From: a virus
Length of the DNA: 64,000 nt
Virus record (IMG/VR): IMGVR_UViG_3300030616_000025
Span: 1-64,000 of that record
Reading direction: 5' to 3' (one strand)
Part shown: positions 1-8,906 of the stretch, piece by piece
Layout: every line of letters begins with the position of its first letter
Position numbering within the stretch: the stretch's first letter is position 1
Position numbers and translations under genes: made by a program
The notes under the pieces: model-generated
Told to the model about the DNA's origin: nothing
What the model saw: the letters and a program-made list of their open reading frames with translations, nothing else
Databases searched by the model: none

Positions 1-33
1 AAAAGCCAGTAAATGTGAAATAACACGGTGATG

Positions 34-97
34 GAACGAGTCAGATGTCGAGAAAGCACAGGACATTAGAACGAGTCACGGTCATGGAAAGCACAGG
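34..97. repeat. two direct repeats GAACGAGTCA-N9-AAAGCACAGG, 35 bp apart
   Basis: Read directly. Positions 34-62 and 69-97 share both 10-nt flanks exactly. Only two copies are visible because the window starts here. Confidence 0.5.
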
Positions 98-116
98 CAA
101 AGAGAACGTAAAAACC

Positions 117-150
117 GGGGGAGGAAAAATAAAAGCCTCCCCCACTACTT
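117..150 (+). terminator. hairpin GGGGGAGG-N11-CCTCCCCC with a weak T-rich tail
   Basis: Perfect 8-bp GC-rich stem at 117-124/136-143. The downstream T run (ACTACTTT) is weak. Confidence 0.45.
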
Positions 151-168
151 TAACAGAAAGGAAAAGTT

Positions 169-615
169 ATGAATGATACTGTTAAATGTAATAACTGTGG
201 AATAGAATTAAAAAGGAAAAAGCAGACAAAAGACGGATGGTTGATAGAAGAAGATTCAAAAATAATATATAGACAACGTATCAATACAATGATTGGGAAT
301 GAAGAAAAAAGCGCAAAGGCAACAATAGAACAAGGCGACAATGATTCTATTGGCAGAGAGCAATGGTGGTTAACAATTACAACTGGATATGACAACGAAG
401 AAAAACTATTGCGTAAAGAAGTTTTTGGAACAGCCGAAGAAGCAATGGATTGGGTTAAAAACGAATACCTTGCTATGGTAGACACGATTAGAGCATGCAT
501 CATCAGGGATATGTTTGAGCATATGACAACAGAAAAAGAGATAGAATATACCCATTATTATATACACAATAATTATCTGTCACGAAAAGAATGTAGGGAA
601 AAGAATGGAAACTGA
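169..615 (+). CDS. hypothetical protein with N-terminal CxxC
   Basis: 148-aa ORF preceded by GAAAGGAAAAGTT-ATG. No recognisable family. Confidence 0.5.
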   Translation: MNDTVKCNNCGIELKRKKQTKDGWLIEEDSKIIYRQRINTMIGNEEKSAKATIEQGDNDSIGREQWWLTITTGYDNEEKLLRKEVFGTAEEAMDWVKNEYLAMVDTIRACIIRDMFEHMTTEKEIEYTHYYIHNNYLSRKECREKNGN

Positions 616-730
616 TATTAAAAAAGTCTTGAAAGACTTGTTGAGATTAGAAATAGAAAGGTGGGAAAAATACATGAAAACGCGTAACAAACTAATGGAT
701 TTATTGATTGAACAAATGGAAAAAAACTGA
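605..730 (+). CDS. small hypothetical protein (41 aa)
   Basis: ATG overlaps the end of the upstream ORF and fills the gap to the next gene. Helical, charged sequence. Confidence 0.3.
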   Translation: METDIKKVLKDLLRLEIERWEKYMKTRNKLMDLLIEQMEKN

Positions 731-741
731 AAGGAAAAGTT

Positions 742-999
742 ATGGAAGAAATCATGAGTATAAAGGTGAAAAAATTTAATTTTTTGTTGCATGCATCGTA
801 TTCTGTGGAAACAGAAAGCAATGAATACTCACTCTGTGTAACACCCACAGAGGCTGTAATCAATATTGAGACTAATACTAAGGGCAAACAAATGCAGACT
901 GTTAGCATTCCGCGAAATGTATTAGAATGCTTTTTGGATGAGATAACCTTAAATGGTTTGCCAAAACTTATTGCGTTTTCACAGAAAGCAACAACATGA
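742..999 (+). CDS. hypothetical protein
   Basis: Same GAAAGGAAAAGTT-ATG initiation context as at 169. Its stop overlaps the next start. Confidence 0.5.
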   Translation: MEEIMSIKVKKFNFLLHASYSVETESNEYSLCVTPTEAVINIETNTKGKQMQTVSIPRNVLECFLDEITLNGLPKLIAFSQKATT

Positions 1000-3503
1000 A
1001 CACCAAACCAGCGGAAAAGAAAAAAGTACTATTTATAGCAACACTTCCCTGCGTGAGACTGTGGCGCACGGCGAAAGTGCTTCAAAAGAACGGATGGGAA
1101 GTATATCTGGGGCAGATGCAATCCACGCTGACGGAGTATTTCAAGCTTGACTATTCGCCGTTCAAGGAAGTATTTGAAATGTCAAGCCGCGGAGGATTTC
1201 ACCATATCAAAGAATACTTCGACATAGTACATTCGCACAATGAACCGGATACGCTTTCCGCAATGGCGGCGCTAAGCATGAAAAATTCAAGCACGGGGCT
1301 TGTGCATGACTGCCATGATTTTGTAAGCGCAAAAGCCGGGGTAAGACTGCACGAACACGACAGGATAGTAGAGCTAATGGCTAATACGTTTGTAGACTTA
1401 GCCGTGTATTGCAGTGAGCATCAATATCAACACGTGCAGGGATTGATACGTGAGAACATGCCTAAGAGCGTAATCTTGTTTAACGCGCCGTTAGAAGAAT
1501 ATATACCTAAAACATTACCGGATAAAAAGGTCAATAAGAATAAACCAAAAATAGTGTACGCCGGTACGATCCGCGAGGTAAAAGAAAGTCACAGATACTT
1601 TATAGACGAGTTTATGAAAATACTGAAAATGGGATATGAACTGTATGTGTACGCGCCGCATGTGCCGAAGGAATACGACAAGATGTTCAGGGGGTTCAGG
1701 AACGCTCACAATATGGGACACTGCAATTACCCGGACTTAATCAAGGAACTAAGTCAATACGATTTCGGTATCATGCCGTTCCAGATTACCAGAGAAAATT
1801 ATCCGCACCTTAGACATGGATTGCCGAATAAGCTGTTTGAGTATTTTTCAGCAGGATTGCCCGTGATAAGCAAGGCGGGTATGGATGCTTCTAACGTGAT
1901 AATTGAGGGTGAAAAATTAGGATATGTATACAATGACATAGACGAAATTCGCACGGAAATACCTAAATTGTGGGATATAGAAGTACCGCGGTTCAAATGG
2001 ACAGCGGATAAGGAAGTCGAGAACAAACTACTCCCGGCGTATGAAGATATACGCGCATACAGGAAATACAATCAAGCAGACCCTAAGCGGGAAGTGAATA
2101 TCCGGGAAGTCAAGGGAAACGTATGTGTGATAGACGGTTGGAAGGATGGAGAAAAATTTACATACAAAGATGAATCCGGGGAAGAAAAGGAAAACATATC
2201 ACACGTATACGGCAAAACAAATCACGATAAAGATTTAATCATAGAATCTTTTATGCGGGAGATTGAAGCAGAGGGCGCATTACCGGATTATGTCGTGGAA
2301 ACATCGAAGGACGAAAAGGAGATAAAGAAACGTGCCGAAATGATACAGAAAAGACACAAGGCACGGCGCAAGGAAAGAAAAAAGGAAATAACAACACTCA
2401 TAAAAAACGGCAGGGGAAGAATACCGTATGATGAAAAAATGATACTCATTAGCGGTATGGTGTTATGCAAGAATGAGCAAAAAACAATAGAGAACACAAT
2501 AACCAGTCTGTATTATCTATGTGATGAAATCATAGTGCAGGACAATATGAGTACTGATGACTCAATGAAAATAGTGAAGAAATATCCTAAGTGCCGCACA
2601 TCTGAATTTGATATACAGCCGTGGGATTTTTCGGTGGCGCGGAACAATGCAAGCAAGCAATGCAGGGGGAAATACATAGCGGTAATTGACGCGGACGAAG
2701 AGCTTGATACTGACCCCGCTACGATACGTCAGCAGATCATAGACGATTATAACCGGGGATATATACAGCCGTACAATATGCACACGGTTCAAATAGGAGA
2801 TATGGGAACGCCGACAAGTCATCTAACGCAGATACGTATATATCCGAACAACGATGATTTTAAATGGGCGCGGAGAGAGCATAACCAGATAAAATTTCCA
2901 GACAATAAATATGTCATACAGAAGACGAATTGGCAGAACTTTCATTTTGGATTTCTTGATCCGGCGAAGAAAAAAGCGCGGGAAGAAAGAGCTAACACAT
3001 ATATAGAAATGCTCAAAGTCGAGCTTGCGGAAATGAAAGAGGAAGGTATTGAATTATTGCCGGAATTTGAAAAGGTCATCAATCTGACTAAGTACTGTTG
3101 CTTTATGAGCCGGGAAGATGAATGTCTGGAATTAGGTCGATGGGGATATGAGCAATTCAAGACGTTCCCGAAAACGAATCAGGGGATATTGAGCAGATTT
3201 TTAATAAGTTTTTCTAACGCTCTGATAATTGAAGGGAACTTTGACGAAGCCGAGGACGTACTGAATACATACACAAACCTGATGGGATCGATAGTCGATT
3301 CGTGTTTTTTAAAGCATGTTGTCTCGTACAGAAAGGGGCAGATAATATCATCGCTGATATGGGCGATAAAATACCTTGAACTATTGCAGATCGAACCTAT
3401 GCAGAATGCTTTTAATTATCAGATAACTACCGTATTCTGGGGAATGGTACAGAAGAAATTGCGTTGGCTGAAATGGTTAGTTGACAATTATATGGAGATA
3501 TGA
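996..3503 (+). CDS. bifunctional glycosyltransferase (GT4-like N-terminal half, GT2-like middle, helical-repeat tail)
   Basis: GT-B signature KLFEYFSAGLPVISKAGMD...GEKLGYVY. The GT-A part has ILISGMVLCKNEQKTIENTI...IIVQDNMSTDDS and the DxD-type motif AVIDADEEL. Confidence 0.8.
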   Translation: MNTKPAEKKKVLFIATLPCVRLWRTAKVLQKNGWEVYLGQMQSTLTEYFKLDYSPFKEVFEMSSRGGFHHIKEYFDIVHSHNEPDTLSAMAALSMKNSSTGLVHDCHDFVSAKAGVRLHEHDRIVELMANTFVDLAVYCSEHQYQHVQGLIRENMPKSVILFNAPLEEYIPKTLPDKKVNKNKPKIVYAGTIREVKESHRYFIDEFMKILKMGYELYVYAPHVPKEYDKMFRGFRNAHNMGHCNYPDLIKELSQYDFGIMPFQITRENYPHLRHGLPNKLFEYFSAGLPVISKAGMDASNVIIEGEKLGYVYNDIDEIRTEIPKLWDIEVPRFKWTADKEVENKLLPAYEDIRAYRKYNQADPKREVNIREVKGNVCVIDGWKDGEKFTYKDESGEEKENISHVYGKTNHDKDLIIESFMREIEAEGALPDYVVETSKDEKEIKKRAEMIQKRHKARRKERKKEITTLIKNGRGRIPYDEKMILISGMVLCKNEQKTIENTITSLYYLCDEIIVQDNMSTDDSMKIVKKYPKCRTSEFDIQPWDFSVARNNASKQCRGKYIAVIDADEELDTDPATIRQQIIDDYNRGYIQPYNMHTVQIGDMGTPTSHLTQIRIYPNNDDFKWARREHNQIKFPDNKYVIQKTNWQNFHFGFLDPAKKKAREERANTYIEMLKVELAEMKEEGIELLPEFEKVINLTKYCCFMSREDECLELGRWGYEQFKTFPKTNQGILSRFLISFSNALIIEGNFDEAEDVLNTYTNLMGSIVDSCFLKHVVSYRKGQIISSLIWAIKYLELLQIEPMQNAFNYQITTVFWGMVQKKLRWLKWLVDNYMEI

Positions 3504-3504
3504 A

Positions 3505-3849
3505 ATGAAAAGAAGCTTAATGACAGCAAAAGAATTACAGGAAAGATATTTAGATGATAATGCTTTGGAATTGAGTATAGAAAAATGGCAGAGAGCAGGA
3601 TACAAATCAAACTGGGAAACATTAAAAGATTCACCTATGCATTATATTGACGGTCGGACTTGCGGATTGTGCAGCAAGTATTTTGATACTGATTATGGTG
3701 AATGTTATAACTGTCCATTAAAATCATGTGGCGAAGGAACGTATTGGGATAAGGTTTATGGTGCTGCGCTCAGGGGAGATCGAGACAAATTCATGAAAGC
3801 CAGAAATGCATTATTAAAAAAGATGAAGAAAGCGAGGGACGCGAAATGA
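3505..3849 (+). CDS. hypothetical Cys-rich protein
   Basis: ATG after GGAGATATGAA. CGLC...CYNC...C pattern. The TTG start at 3481 given in the ORF track is less likely. Confidence 0.5.
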   Translation: MKRSLMTAKELQERYLDDNALELSIEKWQRAGYKSNWETLKDSPMHYIDGRTCGLCSKYFDTDYGECYNCPLKSCGEGTYWDKVYGAALRGDRDKFMKARNALLKKMKKARDAK

Positions 3850-4082
3850 AGGTAATTCTGGAATTTAATCTGCCCGACGATAATGATGATTGGGAAATGC
3901 ACAAAATGGCTAACGATATGTGGTTGGCATTGTGGGATTTTGATATGCAGTATTTAAGGAATCAAATAAAACATAATCCAGACAATTTAACTGAAAAACA
4001 GTTAGATGCGGTTGAAAGGGTCAGAGATAAATTGCATGAAATATTATCTGAAAGAAACGTTGATTTAGATAGGGTTAGTTAA
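3846..4082 (+). CDS. hypothetical protein
   Basis: ATGA overlap with the upstream gene. Confidence 0.5.
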   Translation: MKVILEFNLPDDNDDWEMHKMANDMWLALWDFDMQYLRNQIKHNPDNLTEKQLDAVERVRDKLHEILSERNVDLDRVS

Positions 4083-4327
4083 TGAAGACAAAATATAAGT
4101 GGATTCGGTTTCAGCAAGGAGCTTATGACAAAAACCTTTGGCGGTGTTACAATAAAGATGATGAATGTTTGGGTGAAGTCAGCTATGAAAAAGGATGGAG
4201 ACAATTTGTTTTTTGTCCTAACGATATGTATCCGGCGGGGACTATTTATAATTTTAGATGTCTTGAAGACATAGCTGATTTTCTAAAGCAACTAAACAAG
4301 ACAAAAGGATGCTATAAAGAAAAATGA
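4082..4327 (+). CDS. hypothetical protein
   Basis: TAATG junction with the upstream gene. Confidence 0.5.
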   Translation: MKTKYKWIRFQQGAYDKNLWRCYNKDDECLGEVSYEKGWRQFVFCPNDMYPAGTIYNFRCLEDIADFLKQLNKTKGCYKEK

Positions 4328-4662
4328 AACACAATAACTGTCTTACAGAAGAAGATGAATTTGGAAAAGAATTAGCAAATGATTGGGGGTTTCAAGGCAA
4401 ATGGCCGATTTGTAGTTTTTGTAATAACCCAATGCGAATATGTTTTGCAACAACTGGAGATTGGAATGATGATTTTTCCGATAGAAAAAACCTATCAAGA
4501 CGCTTTGCTTTTTTTTGCGAATGCGATGAATGGGAAATGTGGAGACAAAAATTAAATCTTTGTTTTATAAATAAAATACCGATCACAGTAAAAGATTTAT
4601 CGGATATTTACAAGGGCAGATATGACAGAGATAAAAACAGGAGCGAACAAGACAATGAATAA
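4324..4662 (+). CDS. hypothetical Cys-rich protein
   Basis: ATGA overlap. CSFCNNP...CFATT...FFCEC pattern. Confidence 0.5.
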   Translation: MKHNNCLTEEDEFGKELANDWGFQGKWPICSFCNNPMRICFATTGDWNDDFSDRKNLSRRFAFFCECDEWEMWRQKLNLCFINKIPITVKDLSDIYKGRYDRDKNRSEQDNE

Positions 4663-5554
4663 ATATTTAGTGACAGCAGGACAGGGATTAGGAAATCAGA
4701 TTGAAACAATACCGCTGATTGAATGGCTGATACAGCATGACATAGATATAGATGTGTGCTATTGCCATCGCCCGAAAATAGACGGTGATCCGGGGAAAAG
4801 CAAAGTACTTGAAATGTACTGCGACAAAAGAAACATACCGTTCGAAATAAGCGACAACGGCAAGGTGGAATTTCCAGAGCACTACGAAGGGCAGTTAGTA
4901 GGATGTTGGACAGCGCCGAGGAAAGGAGTATATATATGCGCACAGGCGAACCGAAGCTATACTAACGAGATAATGGCGAATATGGACATTCTAAGACAGA
5001 TGAAGCTAACGGATAACGTAACAGACTGTCTTGCTGAAGTTATGCCCTTAGAATGGGAATGCGGGGTCGGACACGATATTGTGCTGTGCAACGGGGGATT
5101 CAACACAGATAAATGGCGCAGGAAGAAATACCCGCACTTTGAACAGCTTGCTGAAATGCTTCACATATTGGGCTACAGCGTGGTAAGCGTGGGAAGAAAA
5201 GACGAATACATACCCGGAACAGTAGACAAGACAGAGATAGGCATGGTAGAGACAGCGGAGATAATAGCGAACAGCCGAATGGGTATCTTTACCGACTCTG
5301 GGTGGTATCACTGGAAGGGCTTGATCGGGGGGAAAGGAATAGCGCTATTCACAGCAACGAACGTCAAAAAGAACTATCATCCGTTAGCGTATCCAGAAAT
5401 TACAGTTATGCAGAAGGGGCTTAAATGCCAGCCGTGCCAGTCTGAAACGTGGGAATGTACGGAGATGTGGCACAGGTGTACACAGTGGAGATGTCAGGAT
5501 ATAGAGCCGAAGAAGATAGTTAAAAATGTGCAGAAAATTTTAAAAATTACTTGA
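4655..5554 (+). CDS. glycosyltransferase family 9 (heptosyltransferase-like)
   Basis: LVTAGQGLGNQIETIPLI at the N-terminus. GIFTDSGWYHW...IALFTATN resembles the GT9 DSGpmHlA...lFG block, and a C-terminal CQPC...C...C cluster is present. The start could instead be 4622. Confidence 0.6.
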   Translation: MNKYLVTAGQGLGNQIETIPLIEWLIQHDIDIDVCYCHRPKIDGDPGKSKVLEMYCDKRNIPFEISDNGKVEFPEHYEGQLVGCWTAPRKGVYICAQANRSYTNEIMANMDILRQMKLTDNVTDCLAEVMPLEWECGVGHDIVLCNGGFNTDKWRRKKYPHFEQLAEMLHILGYSVVSVGRKDEYIPGTVDKTEIGMVETAEIIANSRMGIFTDSGWYHWKGLIGGKGIALFTATNVKKNYHPLAYPEITVMQKGLKCQPCQSETWECTEMWHRCTQWRCQDIEPKKIVKNVQKILKIT

Positions 5555-5578
5555 CATAAGCGAATAATGTGTTATAAT
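5551..5578 (+). promoter_or_regulatory. sigma70-type promoter P1 (TTGACA-N16-TATAAT)
   Basis: -35 at 5551-5556 and -10 at 5573-5578, both perfect hexamers. Confidence 0.6.
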
Positions 5579-5666
5579 ATAGTTGTTTTATAAGGTCAGA
5601 ATATGATTTTAAACTTACAGCAAGGAAGGAAAAAAGATGAATCGTTAAATTGTATTTTTATTATTT

Positions 5667-5739
5667 TGCGGGGTGGAGGAGAAGGTGTCCTTTGCGGTCT
5701 CATAAGCCGTAGACGCGGGTTCAAGTCCCGCCCCCGCAA
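5667..5739 (+). tRNA. tRNA with CAT anticodon (Met; fMet or lysidine-Ile cannot be excluded)
   Basis: Cloverleaf folded by hand. Acceptor TGCGGGG/CCCCGCA, D stem GAGG/CCTT, anticodon stem GCGGT/GCCGT with loop CTCATAA, T arm GCGGG-TTCAAGT-CCCGC, discriminator A. No encoded CCA. Confidence 0.85.
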
Positions 5740-5759
5740 TTATTTTTAAGGAAAGCAAG

Positions 5760-6311
5760 TTGACAGACAAGCCGAGAAAGCCGGAAAAAGAACAGAGACA
5801 CTATGATCGGATGAAATATAGAAACGAATTTATAAATGGTGACTATGCTACTTTAGCCGAATACATAGGCTGTCTTGAAGAAAGAGAAGGGATACATCCG
5901 TCGAAGGAAAGAATATACACATGGAGCGCAGACGGAAAATGGATACTTGCAAAAGAGAAAAGAAAGTGGAAAGACATAATCGCAGGGTATCAGGTAGGGC
6001 AGGAAGAGCAGTTTAGAGAGTACATAAAAAACAGACACGAAATATGGGAAGCTCACATGGCTAAGGTCGGAAGGATAATTGATATAGTCATAGAGAAAAT
6101 GGAAAATGGAGAAGTGGAAATAGAAAAAGTCATTGATCTGGTTCAGGTGTTGGAGCATGAAGCGAGGGTGGGAGAATTGCACACAAAAGAAGAGCACAAC
6201 TTTCCACAAGTAGCTATTCAGAACAACCAGTGGGACGCGGTAAGCAAAAGAATAAAAATGGACAATAATAGGCGGCTTGACATGAAGGATATGGGCGATG
6301 AAAAACAATAA
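5760..6311 (+). CDS. candidate small terminase subunit
   Basis: Position two genes upstream of the large terminase, basic N-terminus, HTH-like ATLAEYIGCLEE. TTG start after AAGGAAAGCAAG. Positional inference only. Confidence 0.4.
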   Translation: MTDKPRKPEKEQRHYDRMKYRNEFINGDYATLAEYIGCLEEREGIHPSKERIYTWSADGKWILAKEKRKWKDIIAGYQVGQEEQFREYIKNRHEIWEAHMAKVGRIIDIVIEKMENGEVEIEKVIDLVQVLEHEARVGELHTKEEHNFPQVAIQNNQWDAVSKRIKMDNNRRLDMKDMGDEKQ

Positions 6312-6612
6312 TATTTTTGGGATACAAAACATGAAGAACGAATATTTTGAATGCGCTTGTCATTCACCGGAACACAGACTTGTGTTTACCTGTGATATAG
6401 GCGATGAGTTTTCAGAAATATGGACAGAGGTTTATTTGCATACATACGAAAATATTTTCAAGAAGATATGGACTGCAATTAAATATGTATTCGGGTATAA
6501 ATGTCAATGGGGGCATTTTGATTGTTTTGTTTTGCAAGAAAAAGATGCACGAAGATTAAGAGATATGCTTGATAAATTTATTCAAAAGATAAGCGATGAA
6601 AAAAATAAATAG
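6298..6612 (+). CDS. hypothetical protein
   Basis: ORF in the packed array with a CACH...C...C pattern. Start uncertain (6298 or 6331). Confidence 0.45.
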   Translation: MKNNNIFGIQNMKNEYFECACHSPEHRLVFTCDIGDEFSEIWTEVYLHTYENIFKKIWTAIKYVFGYKCQWGHFDCFVLQEKDARRLRDMLDKFIQKISDEKNK

Positions 6613-6904
6613 ACTTCCCGGCGACAAGGTTTTAGTTCGGCGCAAAGAACCGAAAAAGCAGTCAGACGGCGGGATACATTTACCCCAGACGGCGTGGGAG
6701 AAATACGAAGAAGGAATTGTCGTTATGGCGGGAGAAGGCAGACAGATGAAAAACGGGGAAGTAGTACCGATAACGGTAAAAATGGGTGACAAGGTTATAA
6801 TGGACAAGCACCGGGGAGAAGAATTTCAGATGAACGGAAAGGAAGTAACGATTATCAGAGAAAGACATATTTTATGTATTACTAATGCGAGGGACGAAGA
6901 ATGA
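6596..6904 (+). CDS. groES: GroES/Cpn10-like co-chaperonin
   Basis: LPGDKVLVRR..EPKKQSDGGIHLPQTAWEKYEEGIVVMAGEG...NGEVVPITVKMGDKVIM...GEEF..NGKEVTIIRERHILCI matches the Cpn10 pattern along its whole length (~100 aa). Confidence 0.75.
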   Translation: MKKINRLPGDKVLVRRKEPKKQSDGGIHLPQTAWEKYEEGIVVMAGEGRQMKNGEVVPITVKMGDKVIMDKHRGEEFQMNGKEVTIIRERHILCITNARDEE

Positions 6905-7104
6905 AACAAACACCGGAAATAATATCACTACAGGAGTGCAGAAATCGCGTACAAGAAAATAAACCTATAGGAAAATTGAATATAGCCTGTCCGAGATGTC
7001 ACGGCGGGATGATGATTAAAGAAGAAGTGACACGAATAACCGGCGCAGACAGACCGGAGATACGGCTAAGGTGCGATAATTGCGGGATAAGGGAAACTGT
7101 TTGA
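6901..7104 (+). CDS. zinc-ribbon protein
   Basis: CPRCHG...CDNCG pattern. ATGA overlap with the upstream gene. Confidence 0.5.
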   Translation: MKQTPEIISLQECRNRVQENKPIGKLNIACPRCHGGMMIKEEVTRITGADRPEIRLRCDNCGIRETV

Positions 7105-8906
7105 ACAAAATAGAAATCGAAAAACACATAGACGAAATGCTACAGGCGATAGCAGATACACGCATGATGCTATTCAGAGATCATCACATAAATACATCCG
7201 GCGATAGAATGTCGTTTGATAGTATGCCGTACATGAAGCAGATATACGAAGAAATATCAAGGCGAATCAGGCTAATGGGCGCGGCGCAGAACGGAAAAAC
7301 AGACTGGGCGACAATAGACTGTCTTTCAATGCTTGGACTTGGGCTAAACACATTCCACGTTTTCAGTGATGCAGTAAGTAAGCAAAAGTATTTTAATACA
7401 CGAGTTAATTTTCTGTGCGACCGAGTACCGCTGTACGCAGAAATGGAAGTCAACGGGAAATATCGCCGGAACATGAATGCCCGCAGAATGGGCGCGTCAA
7501 ACTGGCTGTATGCAATCAGCGGTTCAAAGACAACGTTCAGCTCTGACCCTGCGGATGTGGTTGTCGTAGACGAATACGATGAATGCAACAAAGAAAATAC
7601 AATGATGGCGTGGGACAGAATACAGAACAGCCCGTATAAATTTGACAGACTACTTGCTAACCCGACCGTGGCAAATCAGGGCATAGCGTTACAAATGGAA
7701 GAAAGCAAATACTATGTCTATCACTGGGAATGTGATGAATGCGGGGAAATGATACCGCCTGACTTTTTCAAGGTTGTATGCCACGACGTAATAGACAAAG
7801 AAGGAAATCATTTAGGCTATGAGCTGTACGATACAGAATGGCACGACGGGATAGACAGAGATATATATATCAGGTGTCCGCACTGCAATCACTTGCAGAC
7901 AAGGGAAAAATGGGACGAGAATACATACCGGGGGAAATGGATAGCGAAATACCCGGAGAAAGAAATAGCCGGATACTGGATACCGCTGATACTCAAACTT
8001 GACACACAGATAAGCGAACTCTGGCATGACCTGAAAATATCAGAACACGATATAGTCCAGATGCAGTGGTTTTATAATAAACGACTCGGACTGCCATATG
8101 AAGGACACGGCGCGAAAATTACAAGCGACATGATACACCGGAGTATGGGAGAGTACAATACTCTACAGAGTTACACAGAAGAGCATGGAGCGGTGGCGGG
8201 GGTAGACGTAGGCGCGTACTATGACATGCAGATAGACGTTCATGTTCAGACAGAGGAAAAGGAAAGAAAGAAAATGACACTCTGGGCGGGGAGATGCGAA
8301 AGCCTGGATGATGTTGAAAGCCGGATAAAGCAATACAACGTAAAGCTTGCCGTGTTCGATTCACAGCCGGAATATAACGCTGTAAGAGAATTTCAATCAG
8401 ACATGTACGGTAAATGTCGAGTAGCATTATGCCAGATAATGAAAGCACGGACGGGGAAATTAAAAATAATGGGCGTTGATTGGGACAGGGACAACGACAT
8501 AGTCAAGGTAGATCGTGACTGGCTGTTGACGGAATCACAGCGCATGTGGCAGAACAATATCTGTATTGTGCCGAAGGATTACAAAAGTCTGGCAAACGGA
8601 TTCTGGGAAGATAGTCTTGTCAGCATAACGAAATACAAGGACGAAAAAGAAGACATATACACATGGAGCAAGGCTGAAGGCAAAGACCACTTCAGGTTTT
8701 CAGATGCTTTTGCTATGCTTGCGTGGATGGAGAAAAAGGAAATAATAATAATCGGCGATTTAGACTTTGTAAGGGCAAAGCTTGAATCAGAAGGACACAG
8801 CGAGGAAGATATTGAAAGAGGCGTACAGCGGGTAGCGGACGAAGGATACAAAGAGGAAGATGTATTGCAGTATAGATTTGGCTTTAGAAATCGGAGGAAG
8901 AGATGA
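7080..8906 (+). CDS. terL: large terminase subunit (lambda GpA-like)
   Basis: Walker A MGAAQNGKT, Walker B VVVVDEYDE, internal zinc-ribbon CDECG...CPHCNH. Size and position fit. The exact start is uncertain (TTG 7080, TTG 7102 or a later ATG). Confidence 0.85.
   Translation: MRDKGNCLNKIEIEKHIDEMLQAIADTRMMLFRDHHINTSGDRMSFDSMPYMKQIYEEISRRIRLMGAAQNGKTDWATIDCLSMLGLGLNTFHVFSDAVSKQKYFNTRVNFLCDRVPLYAEMEVNGKYRRNMNARRMGASNWLYAISGSKTTFSSDPADVVVVDEYDECNKENTMMAWDRIQNSPYKFDRLLANPTVANQGIALQMEESKYYVYHWECDECGEMIPPDFFKVVCHDVIDKEGNHLGYELYDTEWHDGIDRDIYIRCPHCNHLQTREKWDENTYRGKWIAKYPEKEIAGYWIPLILKLDTQISELWHDLKISEHDIVQMQWFYNKRLGLPYEGHGAKITSDMIHRSMGEYNTLQSYTEEHGAVAGVDVGAYYDMQIDVHVQTEEKERKKMTLWAGRCESLDDVESRIKQYNVKLAVFDSQPEYNAVREFQSDMYGKCRVALCQIMKARTGKLKIMGVDWDRDNDIVKVDRDWLLTESQRMWQNNICIVPKDYKSLANGFWEDSLVSITKYKDEKEDIYTWSKAEGKDHFRFSDAFAMLAWMEKKEIIIIGDLDFVRAKLESEGHSEEDIERGVQRVADEGYKEEDVLQYRFGFRNRRKR

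Noticed and set aside
34-97. Possible CRISPR array.
   Set aside because: Only two repeat copies are present with a 9-nt variable core. There is no repeat-spacer periodicity of CRISPR dimensions, and no cas genes occur anywhere in the window.
158-172. Recurrent GAAAGGAAAAG-N2-4-ATG motif as a novel regulatory element. It also occurs near 727, 26946, 32543, 43887, 55198 and 62685.
   Set aside because: It is most simply a purine-rich Shine-Dalgarno variant (AAAGGA) shared by well-translated genes.
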